From Vezdaea acicularis (taxonomy: Eukaryota), in NCBI GenBank assembly GCA_026025075.1, contig JAPEUI010000061.1, positions 62,001-106,674 of the forward strand: a stretch of 44,674 bases of DNA. Reading direction: 5' to 3'. Position numbers and translations under genes: made by a program. Under the pieces are notes generated by a model. It ran no database searches. It was not told the DNA's origin and saw only the letters and a program-made list of their open reading frames with translations. The stretch's first letter is position 1. Each line of letters begins with the position of its first letter. Positions 37,047 through 44,674 of the stretch are shown piece after piece.

Positions 37047-38361
37047 TGTGGTTAATTTTTCAACGCAGTCAAGGCAAGATTGACATGACAGAATCTGTTA
37101 AGGTGTAGCTGTAGGGAAAATTTTCCTAATGATGGTGATAAAGGCCTAACAAAGTGAAAGCGGGCAAAGGACTGACGGCAATCTATTTGGGATTCTCGAT
37201 TGATACAATTCTGTGAAAGCTCGCTCAGCAACCATTATGCGCCGCCATCACAATGCGACATGCCTACAGTGGGGGGTCCGTAAGTGTTGTATATTTACGA
37301 GACCGCTAACATATGGTATAACACCCTGTTCACTTGATATATCGAAGACCTCCCCAGGTAATCTGTGAGCTAGGTTTCTCCTGAATGGATTCGTCGATCA
37401 CCATGCTTAGGGCATAATTAACATGGGAGGCACGGAAGTCCCAACCACCCGTCAAGGCCGATCGATATTTGCAACATCTCAACGCCGTCATCATTTTTCG
37501 CTGAGGTGGTTCTAGATCGCGATCCATCATACCACTTAAAAACATCTATGATTCTCAAGTTTTTATCGCAATTCTTGATCTCGACCATTAAAGGTTATCG
37601 AGACCAGATTATCACGTCTCCTTTACAAAGAAAGGATCCCTGACAGAAATGCTCTACCAACTCGCTCTCCATGCGCGGTTTGATAATTAGGGAATTCGAA
37701 CGGAATACCGGCCAATTAAGCGGCACACGGCTTAGGAGGATCTCGTATTCAACGGCTGGCTTGCATGCAACGCCCGATTTGAGCACGCTTATGCCCCAAT
37801 TCGGGGTTTTTTGGCACGGTTTCCTCCGTCAATTACCCGAAGTGCGCGGGCAGTTACTCCCTCCTGCCATATACTTAAGCTTCTACGTCGAACGTTCATC
37901 GACCAGTAATGGTTGAAATCTCGCGCGAATGCCTCCTGTGGTATACTTGTTACCTTTGATCATCGAACATCGTCTCCCACCGTTCTGATCTCTCCCTCTT
38001 CCTTTCCGCAATGTGGCGTCCGCCACACGAATTTGGAACATTGATGGCCGTCTCCATGGGGTTAGACATTATGCATTTTGCTGGAGCAATCCAATAAAAC
38101 CTGCATATCGGTGGCTGGTCCTCGAGCTGAGAAAGCCCCATTTTTTAAGCTTAAGCCTCTGCAGGCTACGCACACTTTTTCGTCATCCGTCCATGAGGCT
38201 ATATGTACCCGCACAGCCGATGATATTGGATTCAATCACTCGGTGCGCTTTTTGGCATCTGGCATCTTTTCTCCGCTATCTATCTTAAAAAGCTTTCTGT
38301 ACTGTTTCCAGATCAATCTTCAGTTTAACAGTCTTACTGTCGACTACTCGTCATGTCAGCG

Positions 38362-39286
38362 ATGCACTTCTCGAAGTGCCTTGCGGTCTTCATATTCTCT
38401 TATACCGCCTTTGCCAACCCACTTGACGGCCGTGCCGTGTGCAATGCGGACAATTGTTTGCGTGAGTTACGTGCGCCTGGGAATACTAAAACAGCAAGCG
38501 CGTACTGCGCAAGCTATCTTGGGGTGTCCTTAACCAGTACTACGACCTTGTAACGGCCCTTTACTCACTTTGCGTTACTCCTGTCTCTAAGAACTGTCTT
38601 TCCTGTAGCACTACGACTCGAACCGTAATACCAACCGTGTTCTCAATTTACGGAAAAAATGCCGTTACCCCGCGCGCCGCCGCTCCAGAGCCGACGGCAT
38701 TGGGGTCATCCCAACCGGAGAAGGAGAAGCGCCAGCTGCCACCATTTGCCTCATCCTGTACGGGCGCAGCCACTCGGCTTTCAAGCGCATGCTCATGCTT
38801 AATCACCACAACCATCATCTCACAGGTACGTTGGGCGAGTGCGACGGTAAATGAAGCAGCCAGTTTGCCTCTAATCGCCCACTCGGAGCTTAGACTACCA
38901 CTTCCACCCTGAGCGTCGCCCCCGTGACCTCCACAGTGTGTGTGCCCCCTGATTATGGGGCAATCTATTTTGGCGAGCCAGATTACAATCATCCCCCTGA
39001 AGACGATGTCGACCCCCATTTCAGCTCCACCACATATTCTGGGGTGACAGATATAGGGCTTTGCTGCGCCTTATGCTACAACACGCCTGAATGTGTGCAA
39101 TTCGACTTCGCTCCGCCAGACTACACCATCTGCCAGCTCACTTTTCTAGTCGGCTCCATCTATGCAAATCCAAGAAACAATCTCTGTCCTGCAGGGATAA
39201 TTGGGAATTACTTTCCGCAGGTGGATATCTCGAATGAGGCGTATGGTTTTGGGCCTTGTGCTTACTATATTGATGATGACGAATAG
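38362..39286 (+). CDS. Secreted Cys-rich protein with a CNADNCLR/SSACSC module and a C-terminal PAN/apple-like domain (3 exons)
   Basis: Signal peptide MHFSKCLAVFIFSYTAFA, then CNADNCLR...YCASYL, a KR site, PPFASSC...RLSSACSC, a Thr-rich linker and CCALCYNTPEC...C...CP...GPC. Introns at about 38550-38608 and 38826-38893. Confidence 0.8.
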
Positions 39287-39559
39287 TTAAGATTGCTCGA
39301 TATGACTCATCCACACAATCAAAGGACGTAATGAAGCCCGATGAGAATGGGGACATTGTCTGTTGCGACTCTGATTGGAAACGGGACGTTTTATAGGAGC
39401 ACATTGACTGCTTGCATCTTTGCTCGCATCTGAGCCATTTGAAGACCTCGGACACAAAGGGAGTGCATAAATAAAGGGCCTGCGGGGGACCAAGATGCCC
39501 CCCGCCCAAACACTTCAACGATTGTTGGCTAGTCAACGAACAAAGATTATTAGAGCAAT

Positions 39560-41130
39560 TAAATGACATCTAATATCTAAGATATTTTGATGATGATTGG
39601 TAATATTACATACAATATGTTTTATCCTATTTTGTGATATGATCATTTAATATAATAAGAATATGAATGTGAATTATAATATATCAAATGGGCCAATATA
39701 TTGTTTGTAATTCCATCATAGGACTTAAGTAGAGTATGCAGTTGTTTATTTATGTGAAGATTCAGTGAGGATTGAAAATATATGATAATGAAGAATATTT
39801 TTTATATGTAAAAACAACATGAACTATCGATATAACATTAATGGTAATGAATAGTGTCAAGTTAAAAACACTTTTTTTATTCAAAATTTTTTATTCACAA
39901 TGAAATGAGTAAATTAAATTTGTTTCAAGTATATATTTTTTAAGTTAATTGAAAAGTATATATATTTTTACTAACTTGCAGGCACCTATTCTATATATTT
40001 CCCTTAAAATTCAAGAGTAAATAACTTATTAAATCACATTAAAAACTAAACAAGTTAGTTTTGCCTAGTTAATTTTTCTTTTACAAACTTAGCAAACAAT
40101 AATGAATACATATAAAATGCTCATCTTATTTTTGACTCATTTTTATTATTATTACTTATCATTAACAATTATCATAAATTACTAAGACCATTCTTTTTTT
40201 TATTTTTTTTTATTTTTGCATTTTCCACATTTATATTTTATAATTCATCAATAAATTTATCACATTTTGCAAAATAAATTGCATTAAAAAAATGTGTAGC
40301 AGAATTTACACAGGCGTTGTTTTTTTTTAAATTCAACAATAAAAATCAATTTGAAAGAATTGCTGTTACTGATTGCTCTAGCATGATTTAGAAAAGAGTT
40401 ATTTAAATATGCCAACAGTTTAAATATGAAAATATTTTAAGCATATATACAAATATTTTAATAGTATCTTTTTAGAGTTTTTAACATTTGAAAACTTTGA
40501 TATATTTAAATATTTTTGATTAAAGTTAATACTTTAGGTAAATACAATCTTATGTCTTATGACTGGAATAAATAAAAATTTTTGAGAAAAAACTCAAATG
40601 GATACAAATATGTAGCATTTGTTAATTACAGAAAATTAATCACATATGTTTGAAATTTTTATTGAGCATTTATAAGACATAAAAATATATAACTATAATA
40701 GCTAATGATATTACAAAATAATTGTTTTATAGGAATATATAGCTAATAATATATTTCATATATTAAAATTTAATGCAAAAATTTAGATTTAAAGATATAA
40801 AGACGGGCACAACAACTGCCTCTAATTCTAAGAGCATAGTAGGCCAGGCGCCGTCTGAAGCCTGCTTGCAATGCTATTGCGTATAAAATAAACTATAGGA
40901 GTAGGCAAATTGTCGGCAATAGCTAACAATATTACTGAACAGTATGAAAATATAAATATAACAATATAATAAACAAACTGCAATTATATAAATAGGTTCT
41001 AATAGCTAGCTACAAGCCAAAACTATTTGAAGTCAAGTTTTTAGCGTGACTGACTTGATATATATGTCAGAAGCGCGTTGACTAAGCGTTTCTTGAGCGC
41101 AGCTAGTATTTAAGCAAAACAACTATTTAA
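39560..41130. other. AT-rich, ORF-less block, probably a heavily mutated repeat relic
   Basis: Abrupt drop in GC, long A/T runs, no ORF of 60 aa or more in the track, near absence of CpG over about 39560-40800, and an adjacent LTR element. Confidence 0.7.
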
Positions 41131-41140
41131 GGTGCGTCGG

Positions 41141-41484
41141 TGTTATGGGACACGAGGTAGGGGGCGTCTGGGCAGGAGGAAGCATCGCCCGGACATAGGG
41201 GCTAAAGGGTAGTGGCATCTGGACGCAAGGATAAGGAGCGATCCTATGGCGTCTACTAATAGGGGCAGCGCTTGTACGTCATGCGACTGCCCTAGGACGG
41301 ACAGCGCCTGCCGCGACTAGCAGCGCTGTCTTGTCCAGGCAGCCACGACCGGATATCCTTTGCCCTATATATATAGATGAATCCCCTAGCTAGATGAATG
41401 AAACAACTTCTTCATAAACACCGTTTACTGACAGGACGCCCCGTGCCCTGACGTATCGATGCCAGGACGCCCCGTGTCCTGACA
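41141..41484 (+). repeat. 5' LTR (344 bp)
   Basis: Starts TGTTATGGGACACG and ends CGTGTCCTGACA (inverted termini). TATA run at 41366-41375. A PBS follows 3 nt later. Predicted TSD GTCGG at 41136-41140. Confidence 0.8.
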
Positions 41485-41487
41485 TAT

Positions 41488-41494
41488 TGGTAGC
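41488..41494 (+). promoter_or_regulatory. Primer-binding site candidate (TGGTAGC), tRNA-iMet-like
   Basis: TGGTAGC is complementary to the ...GCUACCA 3' end typical of fungal initiator tRNA and lies just after the LTR-terminal CA. Confidence 0.55.
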
Positions 41495-41820
41495 AACACC
41501 GTATCGCTTTGCATATAACAAAGCGTTCGGTCAACCCAGACGGCAAAGACGTTTCGTCGTGTCCGTTAAGCATATAAGCCTTGTGGGACGTATAGCCCCT
41601 GGGATAGGCATATAGGCTTGTTGCGTGGGTATCATACTCACCTCAACACGAAGCATATAAGTTCTGTGGGGACGTTCAGTCCCTGAATGAGCATATAGGC
41701 TCCGTGTCCTGAGCAGCGTTGTGTTTTTCGGGAAACTCTTAGAACAAGAGCTGTCCTAGCCTTATTATACTAGCTAAGCAACTCTATCTGGACAGGTCTA
41801 ACTCTGCTATCCTCTTATCG

Positions 41821-43821
41821 ATGTCCTCAGACAGCCGGGCAGCCAGACTAGAAAACAGGAATCGACTGTCCAAAGAAGGCAAAACGGGTCGAAGGGATTT
41901 GAATAAGAATATACACGCGTCATCCCTAGATTTCAGCGAACCTTCTCCCGATCCCCTTACCCTAGAGGACGCAACCCGTCCTGACACCTCTCCGACATCG
42001 TTACTTCCGAGCTCACCCCATACATCCATTGAGCCGTCACTTATGGCGACCTCCTCTGCAACTATACACACCGGTTCAAGAGATCTGGCGATGCCAGAGG
42101 ACAGCGTAGTTCCAACTATAGAAGGAGATCCTTTAGCTGTCCGGGCGGCTATAGGACGAAAGGATAAGGGCGGAGATAACTCCCTCACATACGAGAGAGA
42201 TAGAAACGCCGATCGAGACATGCGGGTACGACAGGATGACGGCTTGGCCTACACCAAAACACAATGGAAGAAGGATGCTATGTTCCTTCAGATCGCCATT
42301 CAGGCTATAGAAAAGGAGGACGGGTACGAGGACTACTCGGAAGACTGGACGAACAGCGACAAGGTCAGCATCAACGCTTTGGCAAGGACGCTGGACAACG
42401 CCAAGCGGGAGGAATACCAGGACTTAGCCCTAAAGAAGATGGCCTCGACCTTTAACCCTTTATCAAACCGAAACGCCTTTCGCGCACTGATAAGACAATA
42501 CCGCAAGGGGCCATCCTTAATGACTGACCCTGAGGCGCCTGAGAAGCCAGCCTCCAAGAGAAGAGATCATCAACGCTCGGACAGCAACGACCGATACGAT
42601 GATCAGTATCAACGACCTCCAAGGAGTCCTAGACGATCCCGACAAATCACTCGGGACAGAAGCATGTCCAGGGACCGTAGAGAACTAGACAAGGCAGAGG
42701 AGGCGGCCAGACGAATCAGGGAGCGAATGTCCAAGAGACGCTACACTCGCAACGATGATAATCAAAGCGAAAGAAGCCGGTCCTCAGACCGCGATAGGTC
42801 AGACAGACGGCGACAGACCCGAGATAGCTCAAGACGATACCGCGACGAAGTCGACGAGGACGATGACGATGTGCCGTCTCGACGAAGGACAAAGGTGACC
42901 CCATCAGATATCGGAAAATTCGATCCACAGAAGGGACCTGTGTCCGTCTTCATCAAACGTATAGAGCAGCTCGTCGAGATCTTCGGAAAAGAGACGGTCC
43001 TTATGCAACTTCCCCTGTGCCTACAAGGAGAAGCGTTGGAATGGCACACTAGCCTGAACCGGGCAGTGTCCCGGCAGATGCAAAGAAGCCTAAGCTCATG
43101 GATAGAGCAGCTAGAGAGACGATTCAAGGTCGACCGTTTTGAAGCCAGGGACACGGCAGACCAGCTCAAATTCCGGTTTGCTAACCAGAACAGCTTAAAC
43201 CTGCGACAGTACGTGACCAAGAAGACTAACCTCCTAGAAGAGGCAGGCATCTTTGATTCCGACGAGGTAGTTGAGCGCGTCTGGAAAGGGCTTGACCCCG
43301 TCCTAATGGCGACTGTATCTCCCTACGAAGCCGGGAATTCCCTAGACGAATTCACGACACGCCTGTACCGACAAGAAGGCCCAGCAAAACGATGGTGGGA
43401 GGAGTCTTCATCAAAGCAAGGGGCTACGTCAGGCCAAGCCCGAACACGCTCATCCGGGTATAAGGACGCCAAATATCTGACATCTTCATCTAATAGAGGC
43501 ACAAAACAGGGCTCCGCGGGGTCAATGATTCAGCAGGGTAGATTCACGGCATCTTCCCAAGGTAATTCTGGCCTCAAGCCAGGGATGCGCCCATGTCGCC
43601 ACTGTGGCGGACAGCACATGGACAACGTATGTCCTACCAGCAAGAAGGCTCAGCCGGTCAGAGCGTTTTACGTGGACCCGGACGATTCTGAGGAAGAAGA
43701 GAGAGAAGTCCATCTGGACGAGGAAACGCTGGCTGCCTTTCGAAGGCTGCAGTCTACTCCTATCACTGAGGATGAGGAAAACCAGGAGCCCGCGCCGGAA
43801 AACGAGTCCTCGGGCTGCTAG
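41821..43821 (+). CDS. Retrotransposon Gag (666 aa)
   Basis: Capsid-like DIGKFDP...FIKRIEQL...LPLCLQGEALEWH...LRQYVTKK...VWKGLDP and a CRHCGGQHMDNVC zinc knuckle in an intact ORF. Confidence 0.9.
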   Translation: MSSDSRAARLENRNRLSKEGKTGRRDLNKNIHASSLDFSEPSPDPLTLEDATRPDTSPTSLLPSSPHTSIEPSLMATSSATIHTGSRDLAMPEDSVVPTIEGDPLAVRAAIGRKDKGGDNSLTYERDRNADRDMRVRQDDGLAYTKTQWKKDAMFLQIAIQAIEKEDGYEDYSEDWTNSDKVSINALARTLDNAKREEYQDLALKKMASTFNPLSNRNAFRALIRQYRKGPSLMTDPEAPEKPASKRRDHQRSDSNDRYDDQYQRPPRSPRRSRQITRDRSMSRDRRELDKAEEAARRIRERMSKRRYTRNDDNQSERSRSSDRDRSDRRRQTRDSSRRYRDEVDEDDDDVPSRRRTKVTPSDIGKFDPQKGPVSVFIKRIEQLVEIFGKETVLMQLPLCLQGEALEWHTSLNRAVSRQMQRSLSSWIEQLERRFKVDRFEARDTADQLKFRFANQNSLNLRQYVTKKTNLLEEAGIFDSDEVVERVWKGLDPVLMATVSPYEAGNSLDEFTTRLYRQEGPAKRWWEESSSKQGATSGQARTRSSGYKDAKYLTSSSNRGTKQGSAGSMIQQGRFTASSQGNSGLKPGMRPCRHCGGQHMDNVCPTSKKAQPVRAFYVDPDDSEEEEREVHLDEETLAAFRRLQSTPITEDEENQEPAPENESSGC

Positions 43822-44674
43822 GTGGCTGTAACCCGGGTGAGAATAAGTCCACAACTATCAATAAGCCTTCGCCTTCTACCCATGAAAATATTTTAATCAC
43901 AGACACAGACCCCGCAGAACCCTGTTACGGGACATCCTTTTCCCTCAATGATTCGCTTGCCCAGCCGGACGAAGCCGGTATCTACCATGTCGCCTTACCA
44001 GGAGAATCGTTCCGGGGATATACAAACGCCCGTGCTACAACTATCACGGAGACAGGGAAGCATGTGGAGTTTTGCGTGGACACCGGCTCCGCATTATCGC
44101 TAATAGATGAGAGGATGCTGAAAGAGCATTACCCCTCACTGAAGATACGTTTTATTCCTAACCATAGAAAGATTCAAATATCGGGTATTGGTAAAGGCCC
44201 CATAACTAATAGATATGTCATGTTGCCCTTGTCTATGCCCACGACTAGTAGCGGTCATCTTGACATACTAGGGGAAGTTCACGTTGTAGAAACCCTGACA
44301 TGCCAAATTCTCATAGGAAACAACGTCCTTCGTCCCAATATGATTGAGATCAATTGGGGAAGGGAGGGTAAAGCGGATCATCTCCGCATAGGTAGCACTA
44401 GCGTGCCCCTTAACGCGAGACAGGAGGACGCCGATCTCAAACGCATGCCGGTGTTTGCTTCTAAAGAATATCACCTAGCCCCTGGAACTGGACAGACGGT
44501 AGACACCATGACCAAACGCCCTCCTCCCAAGGGGGATAAGGGGTTCCTATTTGAGCCTAAAAACGTGATCGATTTGAGCACGCATTCTTGTCTTTCTAGC
44601 CCTAATGCCCTATTGCTGTACGCAACTCAGCCATTGCCCGTCAGTAACTTCGGGTTGACCAGACAAAGGATATT
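43776..44674 (+). CDS. Retrotransposon Pol N-terminus (aspartic protease), -1 frame relative to gag, open to the window end
   Basis: The frame is open from 43776 and contains FCVDTGSALSLID (GAC at 44079), IQISGIG and ILIGNNVL. There is no in-frame ATG before the DTG motif. Confidence 0.9.

Larger units (their letters stand above)
41141..44674 (+). mobile_element. LTR retrotransposon, probably Ty3/gypsy type; 5' part only, continuing beyond the window
   Basis: A TG...CA LTR, a PBS, gag with a zinc knuckle and an overlapping -1-frame pol with a DTG aspartic protease. RT and integrase are not in the window, so the superfamily is inferred. Confidence 0.9.

Noticed and set aside
41029..41060. AAGTCAAG...GACTGACTTGA resembling DNA-transposon subterminal repeats
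   Set aside because: No matching terminus or TSD was found at the other end of the AT-rich block.

Overview
Gene-dense region of a filamentous ascomycete (Pezizomycotina-type) nuclear genome with short GT-AG introns and CTRAC-type branch points. Positions 1-39.3 kb hold about 17 intron-containing or intronless genes: SPO22/ZIP4 (5' end outside the window), mitochondrial aspartate aminotransferase, a TMEM135-like membrane protein, an Ino2/Ino4-type bHLH factor, COX11, PRM1, a KH-domain FUBP-like protein, kynurenine aminotransferase BNA3, MGS1, a PEX14/17-like protein, IES2, a small secreted protein with two 8-Cys repeats that the ORF track shows only in part, a DUF4050 protein, MOB1, ATP5, a GH63-like glycosidase and a secreted Cys-rich apple-like protein. 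A 1.5 kb AT-rich decayed block follows, then the 5' part of an apparently young Ty3/gypsy-type LTR retrotransposon (LTR, PBS, gag, -1-frame pol). I see no clearly new multi-gene system. The best leads are a 3-nt microexon, the exon-duplicated 8-Cys secreted protein, motif clusters upstream of MOB1 and PRM1, a non-canonical mutation signature in the AT-rich block, and recoding and structural signals in the retroelement. All family calls come from motif recognition by eye; no database search was run.
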